A DNA stretch of 63,490 bases, from NCBI GenBank assembly GCA_903929185.1, contig CAIYTS010000140.1:1-63490 (forward strand). The letters run 5' to 3'. The translations under genes and the position numbers were made by a program. Positions within the stretch are counted from its first letter, which is position 1. Each line of letters begins with the position of its first letter. Source of the stretch: an uncultured Acidimicrobiaceae bacterium. Lineage in GTDB: Bacteria > Actinomycetota > Acidimicrobiia > Acidimicrobiales > Ilumatobacteraceae. Under the pieces are notes generated by a model. It was not told the origin of the DNA. It did not search any database and worked only from the letters and a program-made list of their open reading frames with translations. Below are positions 36,042 to 46,648 of the stretch, one piece after another.

Positions 36042-37139
36042 ATGTTTCCCGTACAACTAGATATTGATGCACGAGATGGTGCTGCACGTTCCGCTACTGC
36101 CACAACACATCGTGGGACATATGAGACCCCGTGCTTTATGCCGGTTGGTACTCGCGGTGCAGTCAAGTACCTCAGTGCCCGTGACTATGCCGATATTGGT
36201 GCACGAATTGTTCTTGGTAACACGTACCACTTGATGTTGCGGCCAGGAGCCGACGTTGTGGAGAAATTTGGCGGGCTCGGTTCATTCAGCGGGTGGGATG
36301 GTCTCACGCTGACTGACTCTGGCGGATTTCAAGTGTTCTCTCTTGATCCAAAGGTTGATGACGACGGCGTGACATTCAAGTCAACATATGACGGTTCGTA
36401 TCACCGCTTCACACCTGAGATAGCTGTGAAGACACAAGAAAAGATCGGCGCTGACATTCAAATGGTTCTCGATGTGTGTACGTCGTTACCTGCCGAGCCT
36501 GACGTTGTCCGCCTCGCACTTGAGCGAACTCATGCTTGGGCGTTACGAGCAAGGGCAGCACATACGCGAACTGATCAGTCGTTGTTCGGCATTGTGCAGG
36601 GCGGAACTAACGCAGCGATGCGTGCAGAAAGTGCACGACGCACGGTTGATGTCGGTTTCGACGGATTTGGCATTGGAGGTCTCTCGGTCGGCGAGAGTCG
36701 CGCCGAAATGATTGAGTCAATTGCTGCGTGTATTTCTGAACTCCCCGAGGATCGTCCGAGATATCTCATGGGTGTTGGTGATCCTGCATCGCTTGTCGAA
36801 GCTGTAGGTCTCGGAGTCGATCAATTCGATTGCGTCTTGCAGACTCGCTTAGGTCGTCATGGCACCGCACTGACCTCGCAGGGCAGAGTGAACATCAAGA
36901 ATGCTCAGTTCCTTGACTCTGATGAACCCCTTGATCCGCTCTGTTCGTGTTGGGTCTGTACCTCTCATTCGCGGGGTTACTTGCGCCATCTCGCCCAGAC
37001 TGGCGAGCCCACCGGTTCTCGTCTGGTGTCGGTCCACAACTTGGCGTGGACCATCTCGTTGATGAATGACATGCGAGAAGCGATTCAAAAGGGCACCTTT
37101 TCTGACCTTAAACGGCACATTTTGGATGTTTGGGCATAA
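36042..37139 (+). CDS. tgt: tRNA-guanine transglycosylase (queuine tRNA-ribosyltransferase)
   Basis: ATG 36042 (MFPVQLDIDARDGAARSA...); the ORF track extension to 35946 overlaps queA. It has TDSGGFQVFSL and the zinc site CSCWVCTSHSRGYLRHL. Confidence 0.95.
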   Translation: MFPVQLDIDARDGAARSATATTHRGTYETPCFMPVGTRGAVKYLSARDYADIGARIVLGNTYHLMLRPGADVVEKFGGLGSFSGWDGLTLTDSGGFQVFSLDPKVDDDGVTFKSTYDGSYHRFTPEIAVKTQEKIGADIQMVLDVCTSLPAEPDVVRLALERTHAWALRARAAHTRTDQSLFGIVQGGTNAAMRAESARRTVDVGFDGFGIGGLSVGESRAEMIESIAACISELPEDRPRYLMGVGDPASLVEAVGLGVDQFDCVLQTRLGRHGTALTSQGRVNIKNAQFLDSDEPLDPLCSCWVCTSHSRGYLRHLAQTGEPTGSRLVSVHNLAWTISLMNDMREAIQKGTFSDLKRHILDVWA

Positions 37140-37184
37140 GGCAAATCAGGCTGATTCGGTCTCTGGTCGCTAGGATTACTCGCC

Positions 37185-37532
37185 GTGATTGAAATCCTGC
37201 TCTCTGCTACATCATCTACGAAGAGCAATGGCAATCCATTGTTTACTTTGGTCTTTTTTGGCGCGATTTTTGGCGCCATGTATTTCTTGTTGCTTCGCCC
37301 ACAGCGCCGCCGCTTGAAAGAGGGCCAAGTGCTGCAAAGTTCTATTGCGGTCGACGACGAGATCATCTTGAACTCGGGCATCTACGGATTTGTCACGGCT
37401 ATTGAGGGCGACGTGCTTTGGGTTGACGTTGCTGACGGTCACGGAACAGAGCGCATCGAGATTCGCGTTTCACGAGGTTCTGTTGCGCGTAAGGCGCCTG
37501 CGGCTGATGCTGCATCGGGCGATACGAAATAA
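37185..37532 (+). CDS. yajC: Preprotein translocase subunit YajC
   Basis: 115 aa, single TM with YFLLLRPQRRRLKE, syntenic before secD. GTG start. Confidence 0.88.
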   Translation: MIEILLSATSSTKSNGNPLFTLVFFGAIFGAMYFLLLRPQRRRLKEGQVLQSSIAVDDEIILNSGIYGFVTAIEGDVLWVDVADGHGTERIEIRVSRGSVARKAPAADAASGDTK

Positions 37533-37535
37533 ACA

Positions 37536-39059
37536 ATGATTCGTCGCTTAGTTCTTTCCCTTGTTGCGATAATTCTGCTTGCTGGCGGAATGTTCACCGC
37601 CAACCTTGTTGCCGGAAACCACCCATCGCTTGGTCTAGACCTTCAAGGTGGCGCCTCGGTCACGATGACTCCGGTCGGAGAAGTTGACCCTGCAGCATTA
37701 TCTGTCGCAGTTGACATCATTCGTCAGCGCGTTGACTCCATCGGAGTTGCTGAGCCAGAAATCATCCGCCAGGGAAACACGGTTGTCGTTAACTTGCCCG
37801 GCGTAAAAGACCAGCAGCAAGCCCTCGACACAATTGGTCGTACCGGCGCAGTTGAAATGCGCCCTGTCTTAAAAGTGGCACAGAATCCTGATAACACCAC
37901 AACGACCACTGTGGTTGGTGGAACAACAACAACGGTGAAGGGCGCAACGTCAACCACGCTCAAGCCTGCGTCGACAACATTGCCGCCGCCAGCTGGTGGA
38001 GTCGGAAGTTCACGTACCGCTGCAGTGACTACAACCACAATCCCAGCAGCAACTGCGCCTGTAGATCCCCTCACCGGATTGCCAGAAGGTCAGACTGTTC
38101 TTCCTGGACGCAAAGATGGTCTGCTGTATCTTCTCGGACCTGCTGAAGCAACAGGAGAAGTGTTCTCGAATGACTCGTCAGCGCAAGTTGATGCGGGTTC
38201 TTGGGTAGTCGTCGCAAAACTCAGAAGTGGTGCTGCTGGTGCAGATGTGTGGAATGCACTGTCAACAAAGTGTTTCGCAGGCGGCGCAGATTGCCCAACA
38301 AAAGCAATTGCAATCATTCTTGACGGAGAAGTTATTTCTGCTCCGACCGTGCAAACGCCAACATTTGATAACGGCAGTGTGCAGATCAGTGGTTCGTTCT
38401 CTCAGACCGAGGCAAAAGACTTGGCGCGCGTACTGCAGTTTGGTGCTGTGCCAGTCAAGTTTGATACCCCAACAGTGCAGACAGTGTCTGCGTCGCTTGG
38501 TAAAGACTCGTTGCACGCAGCAGTGTTGTCTGGCCTCATCGGTGTGCTGTTGGTTCTCTTGTTCTTGTTGTTCTATTACCGCCTGCTCGCCATCGTTGTC
38601 GTTGGTGGATTAGGCGTATCTGGTCTTTTGCTGTGGAGCGTCATCTCATGGCTCTCAAAAACAAACGGATTAGCTCTGACCTTGTCTGGTGCAGCCGGAA
38701 TCATTGTGTCCATCGGTGTAACGGTTGACTCGTACGTTGTGTTCTTTGAGAAGCTGAAAGACGACGTGCAGCAGGGACGCACATTGCGCAACTCGGCCGC
38801 TCGCGGATTCGAACGCGCATGGCGCACCATTTTGGCAGCTGACACAGTCTCGCTTATTGGTGCTGTTGTGTTGTGGTGGCTCACTGTGGGTTCAGTTCGT
38901 GGATTCGCGTTCTTCCTTGGTCTTTCCACCATGGCCGACATGATCGTGTCGTACTTCTTTACTCGGCCTGCAGTACTTCTGTTGGCGAGAACAAAGTTGT
39001 TCAATAGGGGACGAGTGCTTGGTGTAGCCAAGGCCACTAACTCAGAGGCGGTTGCGTAA
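37536..39059 (+). CDS. secD: Protein translocase subunit SecD
   Basis: 507 aa with LGLDLQGGASV and the C-terminal six-TM RND-like domain. It contains a Thr/Pro-rich insertion at residues about 117-178. Confidence 0.96.
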   Translation: MIRRLVLSLVAIILLAGGMFTANLVAGNHPSLGLDLQGGASVTMTPVGEVDPAALSVAVDIIRQRVDSIGVAEPEIIRQGNTVVVNLPGVKDQQQALDTIGRTGAVEMRPVLKVAQNPDNTTTTTVVGGTTTTVKGATSTTLKPASTTLPPPAGGVGSSRTAAVTTTTIPAATAPVDPLTGLPEGQTVLPGRKDGLLYLLGPAEATGEVFSNDSSAQVDAGSWVVVAKLRSGAAGADVWNALSTKCFAGGADCPTKAIAIILDGEVISAPTVQTPTFDNGSVQISGSFSQTEAKDLARVLQFGAVPVKFDTPTVQTVSASLGKDSLHAAVLSGLIGVLLVLLFLLFYYRLLAIVVVGGLGVSGLLLWSVISWLSKTNGLALTLSGAAGIIVSIGVTVDSYVVFFEKLKDDVQQGRTLRNSAARGFERAWRTILAADTVSLIGAVVLWWLTVGSVRGFAFFLGLSTMADMIVSYFFTRPAVLLLARTKLFNRGRVLGVAKATNSEAVA

Positions 39060-40177
39060 TGGCTGGCGGCATGACACGTTTGTTTCGTGGTGAAACAACA
39101 ATCAACTTTTACGGTCGACGCAACCTCGGCTTTATCGCATCTGGTTTATTGCTCATTGTGACTGTCGGATCGTTGTTTACCCAAGGATTGAATCTCGGAA
39201 TCGACTTCAAAGGTGGAGTTGCTTTTGAAGTTCCGGTTGCTGGCACCATGTCAGAAGCAAAAGCTAAAGAAATTCTTGTTGCTAACAAGATCAAAACCGA
39301 CAACGTCAAAATTCAAACCCTCACTTCGGGAACCACAAAGCGTGTTCGTATCCAATTGGGAGACTTGCCAGTTGCCACTCGCACCACCATTCAAGAAGCG
39401 CTTGCTAAGTCAGCGAAAGCGACCGTCAATGACGTCAGTGTGTCCACGGTGAGTTCAACGTGGGGTCGCAATATCACCACTAAAGCCATCAAGGCGTTGT
39501 TGATTTTCTTCCTGATCGTTTCTCTCTTTATCGCTTGGCGATTCGAGTGGCGGATGGCCTTGTCGGCAATTCTTGCGATGGTCCACGACGTCGGAATCAG
39601 CGTCGGTGTGTATTCAGTTTTTAAACTTGAAGTGACTCCGGCAACTGTTGTGGCCTTTCTTACCATTCTCGGATTCTCCTTGTATGACACCATCGTTGTG
39701 TTCGACAAAGTGCACGACAACAACGAACGCTTCAGTGGATCCAAAGTGTCTTACGGCGACATTGTCAATGTGTCCATGAACCAAGTTCTCATGCGTTCGT
39801 TGAATACGTCGATCGCTGCCTTGTTGCCAGTGCTCAGCTTGCTGGTTCTTGGGTCTGGCGTGTTTGGTGCAATTGCCTTGCGAGAATTTGCTCTCGCTCT
39901 TCTTGTCGGACTCGCCACTGGCGCCTATTCGTCTATCTATATTGCGAGCCCTCTGCTTGGCATCTTGAAGGAACGGTCAGACCAATACCGGACCATGCGG
40001 GGCCATTTGTCTATTGGCGTCGACATGGCTCACCTCATGCATACCGGTACCCCTGTTGGTCGTCGGGCTGCTGCCAGGGCTGCAACAGACGCGAGTCAGG
40101 GAGTCATTCCTGCCCCCGTGGCCGTTGAGGCTCTTTTGAGCCACCCACCGCGCCCTCGAAAGAAGTCTCGTCGCTAA
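39059..40177 (+). CDS. secF: Protein translocase subunit SecF
   Basis: 372 aa with GIDFKGGVAFEV and a six-TM domain. TAATG overlap with secD. Confidence 0.96.
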   Translation: MAGGMTRLFRGETTINFYGRRNLGFIASGLLLIVTVGSLFTQGLNLGIDFKGGVAFEVPVAGTMSEAKAKEILVANKIKTDNVKIQTLTSGTTKRVRIQLGDLPVATRTTIQEALAKSAKATVNDVSVSTVSSTWGRNITTKAIKALLIFFLIVSLFIAWRFEWRMALSAILAMVHDVGISVGVYSVFKLEVTPATVVAFLTILGFSLYDTIVVFDKVHDNNERFSGSKVSYGDIVNVSMNQVLMRSLNTSIAALLPVLSLLVLGSGVFGAIALREFALALLVGLATGAYSSIYIASPLLGILKERSDQYRTMRGHLSIGVDMAHLMHTGTPVGRRAAARAATDASQGVIPAPVAVEALLSHPPRPRKKSRR

Positions 40178-40186
40178 CCTTTGACC

Positions 40187-42406
40187 ATGGGTACTGCCGA
40201 TCGAGTTCTTCCTTGGAGACGTCAGCAGAACGCGCCCATCGAAGAGTTGACGCCTCTCTTAACTGCATTCCGTAGCCGCCATCCGAAGGCCTCTGTGTCT
40301 TTGGTGAACAGGGCATATGAAGTGGCGCGTGTTGCGCACACAAATCAAATGCGTTCCTCAGGCGAGGCGTACATCAATCATCCCATCGCAGTTGCGCGCA
40401 TCGTTGCTGACATTGGTCTTGACGAAGTGTCATTAGCCGCAGCGCTCTTGCACGACGCAGTGGAAGATACGGAAATCACCATTGAAGACGTGCAACGTAA
40501 TTTTGGTGATGAAGTTGCAATGCTTGTCGATGGTGTCACCAAGTTAGAGCGTCTGCAGTTTGATTCGCGTGAAGCACAGCAAGCAGCAACAATGCGCAAA
40601 ATGTTGGTGGCCATGGCCAAAGACATGCGAGTTCTTGTGATCAAGCTTGCTGACCGTCTACACAACATGAGAACACTGGCTGGTGTTCCGTTGGAAAAGC
40701 AACAACGCACTGCACAAGAGACTCTTGATATTTATGCGCCCCTGGCGCACCGCATGGGTATGCAAGAGGTGAAGCAACAATTAGAAGACTTGTCATTCGC
40801 CGCGCTGTATCCAAAGCGTTTTGCCGAATTGGATCATTTGGTATCCACGCGAACTCCGGAACGTGACCTGTACTTGGCGAAAGCGATTGCAGAGGTGTCA
40901 GCCAGATTGTCGGAAGTCAATATTGAAGCTCAAGTCACTGGCCGTGGGAAACATCTCTGGAGCATCTACGAAAAGATGGTGCAGAAAGACAGAGACTTCG
41001 ACGACATTTTCGATCTTGTAGCAATTCGAATCGTTGTTGACAGTGTTCGTGATTGCTACGGCGCGCTCGGATGCTTGCACGGTAAATGGAGGCCCGTCGT
41101 TGGTCGCTTCAAGGATTACATCGCCATGCCGAAGTTCAACTTGTACCAGTCATTGCACACCACGGTGATTGGACCAGGAGGTCGTGCATTAGAAGTACAG
41201 ATTCGTACTCAAGAGATGCACGAACGCGCAGAACGAGGTGTTGCTGCTCACTTTGCGTACAAAGAGGGCACTGATGCAAACGACTCTGATTGGTTGAATC
41301 GAATCATTGACTGGCAATCAGAGATTTCTGATCCAGGCGAATTCATGGCCGATTTGAAGAACGACCTTGAACAAGAAGAAGTCTTCGTATTCACACCGAA
41401 GGGCAGAGTAATTACTTTGCCCATTAATTCAACTCCTGTGGACTTTGCCTACACCGTGCATACAGAGGTCGGTCACTCATGTGTTGGCGCCAGAGTCAAT
41501 GGTCGGTTGGTGTCACTTGATTCAACGTTGGTGTCGGGAGACTCCTGTGAGATCTTTACTTCTAATGTTGAAGGCGCTGGACCATCGCGCGACTGGTTAG
41601 GTTTTGTCCAGTCGCCTCGTGCCAAGAGCAAGATCAAGAACTGGTTTACACGTGAGCGTCGTGAAGACATGGTCGAGACAGGCCGTGACGATCTGACTGC
41701 GGAACTGCGCCGAGAAGGTCTTCCCGTTCAGCGCATATGGACATCAGATGCTTTCTTGCAGGAACTTGAAGCACTCAATATGACTGACATCGACACATTG
41801 TTCGCAGCTATAGGTGAACATCATGTGTCGGCTCGCGGTTTTGCTCAGAGAATCGGTCGAGCAATGCGGCGTGAAGGCAGTGATGAGCAATTGGCTATGC
41901 CGATGCGTATGGATCTCATCACCACAGAGAAGCGAAGTGCTACAGGAATTCATGTTGAAGGTCTTGAAGATGTGCTTGTTCGTTTGTCGCGATGCTGCAC
42001 TCCTGTGCCGGGTGATGAGATTTCAGGGTTCATCACGAAGGGTCGGGGAGTCAGCGTCCATCGTTCGGATTGTGCAAATGCCGGATCATTGGTGGAAGGC
42101 GAACCCACTCGCATGATTGAAGTGGAATGGGCCAGAACATCGCCCGGAACCATGTTCAACGTAGGAGTCGAAGTGGTTGCTCTTGACAGAAGCAAGTTAT
42201 TGCGCGATGTGGCCAATGTTCTGTCAGAGCAGCACGTCAACATCGTTGCGTGCAGTACCCACACCGGCTCTGATCGGGTAGCAAAGATGCGATTTGAATT
42301 CGAACTAGGTGACCCCAATCACTTAGACGCTGTTTTGCGGGTCATTAAGTCAATTGATTCGGTGTACGACGCATATCGCATCGTTCCTGGTGGGCAGTCC
42401 GACTAG
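40187..42406 (+). CDS. relA: Bifunctional (p)ppGpp synthetase/guanosine-3',5'-bis(diphosphate) 3'-pyrophosphohydrolase (RelA/SpoT homologue)
   Basis: HD domain (HPIAVARIV...LLHDAVEDT), synthetase domain (YRSLHTTV-like QSLHTTVIGPGG), and TGS and ACT domains. The ORF opens at TTG 40181; ATG 40187 is preferred. Confidence 0.96.
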   Translation: MGTADRVLPWRRQQNAPIEELTPLLTAFRSRHPKASVSLVNRAYEVARVAHTNQMRSSGEAYINHPIAVARIVADIGLDEVSLAAALLHDAVEDTEITIEDVQRNFGDEVAMLVDGVTKLERLQFDSREAQQAATMRKMLVAMAKDMRVLVIKLADRLHNMRTLAGVPLEKQQRTAQETLDIYAPLAHRMGMQEVKQQLEDLSFAALYPKRFAELDHLVSTRTPERDLYLAKAIAEVSARLSEVNIEAQVTGRGKHLWSIYEKMVQKDRDFDDIFDLVAIRIVVDSVRDCYGALGCLHGKWRPVVGRFKDYIAMPKFNLYQSLHTTVIGPGGRALEVQIRTQEMHERAERGVAAHFAYKEGTDANDSDWLNRIIDWQSEISDPGEFMADLKNDLEQEEVFVFTPKGRVITLPINSTPVDFAYTVHTEVGHSCVGARVNGRLVSLDSTLVSGDSCEIFTSNVEGAGPSRDWLGFVQSPRAKSKIKNWFTRERREDMVETGRDDLTAELRREGLPVQRIWTSDAFLQELEALNMTDIDTLFAAIGEHHVSARGFAQRIGRAMRREGSDEQLAMPMRMDLITTEKRSATGIHVEGLEDVLVRLSRCCTPVPGDEISGFITKGRGVSVHRSDCANAGSLVEGEPTRMIEVEWARTSPGTMFNVGVEVVALDRSKLLRDVANVLSEQHVNIVACSTHTGSDRVAKMRFEFELGDPNHLDAVLRVIKSIDSVYDAYRIVPGGQSD

Positions 42407-42411
42407 CCTGA

Positions 42412-43695
42412 TTGGCTGTGTCATCGTTTCAAACAAGTCCGGGAACTCGCGATATCTTGCCGCCTCATGCGGGTAGATGGCGTGCCCTGGTGCAGGTCTT
42501 TGCAGATGGCGTCGAATCAGCTGGCTATCAGAACATCATTCCGCCGATGTTTGAAGATCTCGGAGTGTTTCAGCGTCTGGGCGATGCCACTGATGTAGTC
42601 ACGAAAGAGATGTATGACTTTACGGACAAGGGTGGTCGTCATATCGCTCTGCGTCCAGAACACACAGCAAGTGTGTGTCGTGCCTTCGCACAACATCGCC
42701 CTACGCCCCCCTGGAAGGTGTGGTACTCAGGGCCGAACTTTCGGTACGAGCGTCCTCAAGCCGGACGGTATCGACAGTTTGATCAAGTAGGTATCGAAGT
42801 CTTGGGTGTTGATGACTCTCAGCTTGATGTTGAAGTCATCGCGCTCGGTTGGGATTTCTACAAAGCAATTGGGTTGAGCAACGTCTCATTGATCATTAAC
42901 TCGCTAGGTGATGCAGGTGACCGTGGTCGCTATGTCGAGGCACTCGGCGCGTATTTCAAAACCCATAGCGGCACAATGAGTGCCGAAGCCTTGGCAACAT
43001 TAGAGCGCAATCCACTACGTGTACTCGATTCAAAGAGGCCTCAAGATGCTGACGCAATTGCTGGTGCTCCAACAATTGGTGCGTTTCTGAGTACTGATGC
43101 CGCTGCTCACTTTGCAGCTGTGTGTGCAGGGCTTGACTCGTTACAGATCCCATACGTTGTCAACGAGCGTCTCGTTCGCGGACTCGATTACTACCAACGC
43201 ACAACTTTTGAATTTGTATCGGGCTCACTTGACTCAGCCCAAAATGCAGTCGGCGGCGGTGGTCGATATGACGGTCTCGTCGAAGACCTTGGTGGCCCTG
43301 CTACCCCTGGAATCGGTTTTGCTCTCGGGGTCGACCGCACATTGCTTGCGTGCGACGCAGAAGAATGTTTCTCATACGGATTTCCTGTCTTAGATGTCTT
43401 TGTCATTGATACAACTGGTGGTAGCCACGCATTGTCAATCACTCACCAATTGCGTCAGAGCGGTTTCTCTTCTGATCGAGCTTTTGAAGGCCGCAGTATG
43501 AAGTCACAAATGAAGAGCGCAGATCGAAGTGGGGCACAGGTTGCAGTCATCATTGGCGACTCTGAGGCCCAGGAATCAACGTGCACCGTGCGCAATCTCT
43601 CTACATCTGAACAAACAACTATTCCATCAATTGAACTGCAGAGTCATCTGGAGTCGGTTCTTGGACCGAGACAGCCAAGGCGGCACACCCCATGA
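42412..43695 (+). CDS. hisS: Histidine--tRNA ligase
   Basis: 427 aa with GTRDILP, class II motifs (FRYERPQAGRYRQF, GGGRYDGL) and an anticodon-binding domain. Non-ATG start (TTG 42412 or GTG 42418). Confidence 0.95.
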   Translation: MAVSSFQTSPGTRDILPPHAGRWRALVQVFADGVESAGYQNIIPPMFEDLGVFQRLGDATDVVTKEMYDFTDKGGRHIALRPEHTASVCRAFAQHRPTPPWKVWYSGPNFRYERPQAGRYRQFDQVGIEVLGVDDSQLDVEVIALGWDFYKAIGLSNVSLIINSLGDAGDRGRYVEALGAYFKTHSGTMSAEALATLERNPLRVLDSKRPQDADAIAGAPTIGAFLSTDAAAHFAAVCAGLDSLQIPYVVNERLVRGLDYYQRTTFEFVSGSLDSAQNAVGGGGRYDGLVEDLGGPATPGIGFALGVDRTLLACDAEECFSYGFPVLDVFVIDTTGGSHALSITHQLRQSGFSSDRAFEGRSMKSQMKSADRSGAQVAVIIGDSEAQESTCTVRNLSTSEQTTIPSIELQSHLESVLGPRQPRRHTP

Positions 43696-45455
43696 GATCC
43701 ACTGCAATGCGAACACACATGTGTGGAGAATTAGATATAGCAAGCGTTGGACAAACTGTGTCGCTCTGCGGTTGGGTTGCCCGTCGCCGTGAGCACGGAG
43801 AACATCTAGCTTTCGTTGATATTCGCGACCATTCCGGAATCATGCAATGTGTTGTAGACAATGACGTCGATGTACGCAGCGAATACGTCATTCGGGTCAC
43901 GGGCGTTGTGCGTGCGCGACCTGAAGGCACCATCAACTCGTCTCTCACAACTGGCATGGTCGAAATTGGCGATTGCGTTGTCGAGATTCTGAACTCAGCC
44001 GAGCCACCACCGTTTCCTGTTGATGCGCGTGCAGACGATGTAGATGAATCAATTCGATTGAAGTTCCGGTATCTCGATATTCGACGCGAAAGAATGCAGA
44101 AGAACTTGCGCGTGCGCGCACAGATCAACAGTGCAATCCGAAAAGAGATGGAGACAAACGGATTCGTTGAAGTCGAAACTCCGTTCCTGATGCCGTCTAC
44201 TCCTGAAGGCGCACGTGAATTTCTGGTTCCGTCTCGAAAAGAACCAGGTTCGTTCTTTGCACTGCCACAATCTCCGCAACTCTGGAAGCAGTTACTCATG
44301 GTGGCAGGAGTCGACAGGTACTACCAGATTGCTCGTTGCCTTCGCGATGAAGACTTGCGTGCGGATCGCCAATATGAATTCATGCAGCTTGACGCAGAGA
44401 TGTCGTTCGTCTCGCAAGATGACGTGTTGGAAAATATCGGACGTGCAGTTGTTGCAGCAGCAATTGTGGTAACCGGAGAAGCTCCTCCTGAAATCGAGCG
44501 CATTACGTGGCACGACGCCATGAATCGGTTTGGTATTGACAAGCCTGACCTTCGGTTTGCAATGGAACTCATCGAACTAACACCGTTGTTCGCAGGCACT
44601 GAATTCAAGGCATTTGCTGGTGCGTCATGTATCAAGGGTATTTGTGTTGATGCCAAGACCTACCCAGATGCTGCAGCGTTTGGTCGAAACAAACTCGATG
44701 GTCTCACGGATCGCGCCAAGAAGATCGGTGCAAAGGGTCTTGTTTGGATGAAGATCGGCGCTGAGGGTGCCATCGATTCACCTGTTGCGAAATTCCTGAG
44801 CGACTCTGAAAAGACCGCACTGGTTTCTGCAATGGGCGCAACAGAAGGCGACTTGCTGTTGTTGGTCGCAGATGAGTGGGACACCACATGTGAAGTACTT
44901 GGCCAGCTGCGTAACGACATTGGTCGTCCACCAGTGCATGAAGGTCCCTATAAGTATGTATGGGTTACTGAGTTCCCATTGTTCATTGGAATCGACCCGG
45001 TATCGGGTCGCCCTCGTCCTGGCCATCACCCGTTCTGTCACCCACATCCCGATGACATGTCACTGTTCGACACAGAACCTCTCAAAGTTCGTGCCCTGGC
45101 ATATGACCTTGTCTTGAATGGTTGGGAACTTGGTTCAGGTTCTATTCGTATTCACGAGCCAGAGATGCAACGTCGGGTGTTTAATCAATTGGGTATCAGC
45201 GACGAAGAAGCAGACAAGCGTTTTGGTTTCTTCTTGCAGCCGTTCAAATACGGAGCCCCCCCGCACGGTGGATTTGCTTTCGGTATTGATCGTCTTGCCG
45301 CAATCCTGGCTGGTGAAGAAAATATTCGCGAAGTCATTGCGTTTCCAAAGACACAGAGTGGCTCTGACCCAATGACGAATGCACCGACACCAGTGGACCC
45401 AGCGCATCTTGCTGATTTGGGTCTTCGGTTGTTGCCACCACCTGCTTCGTCGTAG
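43692..45455 (+). CDS. aspS: Aspartate--tRNA ligase (possibly non-discriminating)
   Basis: 587 aa: OB-fold N-terminus, FRYLDIRR, QSPQLWKQLLM, the GAD insertion and GGFAFGIDRL. ATGA overlap with hisS. Confidence 0.96.
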   Translation: MRSTAMRTHMCGELDIASVGQTVSLCGWVARRREHGEHLAFVDIRDHSGIMQCVVDNDVDVRSEYVIRVTGVVRARPEGTINSSLTTGMVEIGDCVVEILNSAEPPPFPVDARADDVDESIRLKFRYLDIRRERMQKNLRVRAQINSAIRKEMETNGFVEVETPFLMPSTPEGAREFLVPSRKEPGSFFALPQSPQLWKQLLMVAGVDRYYQIARCLRDEDLRADRQYEFMQLDAEMSFVSQDDVLENIGRAVVAAAIVVTGEAPPEIERITWHDAMNRFGIDKPDLRFAMELIELTPLFAGTEFKAFAGASCIKGICVDAKTYPDAAAFGRNKLDGLTDRAKKIGAKGLVWMKIGAEGAIDSPVAKFLSDSEKTALVSAMGATEGDLLLLVADEWDTTCEVLGQLRNDIGRPPVHEGPYKYVWVTEFPLFIGIDPVSGRPRPGHHPFCHPHPDDMSLFDTEPLKVRALAYDLVLNGWELGSGSIRIHEPEMQRRVFNQLGISDEEADKRFGFFLQPFKYGAPPHGGFAFGIDRLAAILAGEENIREVIAFPKTQSGSDPMTNAPTPVDPAHLADLGLRLLPPPASS

Positions 45456-45457
45456 TC

Positions 45458-46627
45458 GTGGATTCACCTGACCTCTTTACGTCATCGACGGAAGATCGAC
45501 TCGCAGCACGGTCTCCACTCGCTGCGCGTATGCGTCCTCGCTCACTCGATGACGTAGTAGGTCAGAATCATCTAGTTGGTCCGAATGGTCCATTACGTCG
45601 ATTGATTGAAAGTGATCGCTTGTCATCAATCATTGTGTGGGGTCCTCCGGGTACGGGAAAAACAACGTTGGCTGAACTTGTGGCGTCAACTACGCAACGT
45701 GGTTTTGAACGCTTAAGTGCAGTGACTGCAGGCGTGAAAGATATTCGCGAAGTTATTGAAACGGCGCGTCGGAGACTCACCATTGATGATCGTGGCACTG
45801 TTGTGTTCGTCGATGAGATTCATCGGTTCTCTACGGTGCAACAAGATGCCTTATTGCATGCAGTTGAAAGCGGTCTCATCACACTTGTGGGTGCAACAAC
45901 AGAGAATCCCGCGTTCTCGGTCAACCCTGCTCTTCGTAGTCGCTCGTCTGTCTTTGCGTTAAAGCCTGTTGATGCAGAAGCGATTATGGATTTGCTTCAC
46001 CGAGCAGTAGAGACAGAAGGAATTCCAGCGGACGAAGATGCACTCGAACTGATTGCTCGTCGTGTGACAGGAGATGCTCGTCAGGCTCTTACTGCATTTG
46101 AAGTGTGTTGTGCGTTAGCAACGAACGGCCGCATTGATATTTCGGCTGCTACAACGGCCCTCGATACGAGCGTGTCACGAATGGGACGAGATGATCATTA
46201 CGACGTAATTTCTGCGTTCATAAAATCAATGCGTGCTAGCGATGTAAATGTCGCACTCCATTGGCTTGCCAGAATGTTGGAGGCAGGGGAGGACCCACGA
46301 TTCATCGCTCGACGAATGATGATTTTCGCAAGCGAAGACATTGGGTTGGCGGACAACAATGCACTTGTCATTGCAACAGCAGCAGCCCAAGTACTGGAAA
46401 GGGTCGGATTGCCAGAGGCACAGCTGAATCTGGCTCATGCGGTCATCTATTTGGCTCGAGCTCCGAAGAGTCGTTCGGTGACAGATGCAATATCTCGCGC
46501 ACTGTCTGACGTGCGGGAAGGCCATACAGGACAAGCGCCTCCGACCACCGTGGAACCGCCGTCGTACCTTCCGTTGGGATTAGGCGAATTGCGGTACTAC
46601 CGTGAAGGCCATGAGGACCCCGCATAA
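45458..46627 (+). CDS. rarA: Replication-associated recombination protein A (RarA/MgsA AAA+ ATPase)
   Basis: 389 aa with RMRPRSLDDVVGQ, Walker A GPPGTGKTT, DEIHRF and a C-terminal MgsA domain (HYDVISAFIKSMRASD). Confidence 0.93.
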   Translation: MDSPDLFTSSTEDRLAARSPLAARMRPRSLDDVVGQNHLVGPNGPLRRLIESDRLSSIIVWGPPGTGKTTLAELVASTTQRGFERLSAVTAGVKDIREVIETARRRLTIDDRGTVVFVDEIHRFSTVQQDALLHAVESGLITLVGATTENPAFSVNPALRSRSSVFALKPVDAEAIMDLLHRAVETEGIPADEDALELIARRVTGDARQALTAFEVCCALATNGRIDISAATTALDTSVSRMGRDDHYDVISAFIKSMRASDVNVALHWLARMLEAGEDPRFIARRMMIFASEDIGLADNNALVIATAAAQVLERVGLPEAQLNLAHAVIYLARAPKSRSVTDAISRALSDVREGHTGQAPPTTVEPPSYLPLGLGELRYYREGHEDPA

Positions 46628-46648
46628 CAAAGTTGATGCGTTGCGGTC

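Noticed and set aside
37144-37156. 13-nt palindrome AATCAGGCTGATT upstream of yajC, and 12-nt palindrome GGCACTAGTGCC at 12795-12806 downstream of dnaE
   Set aside because: They are short, single-copy and lack a T-tract. As RNA hairpins their loops are too small. There is no supporting context for an operator.
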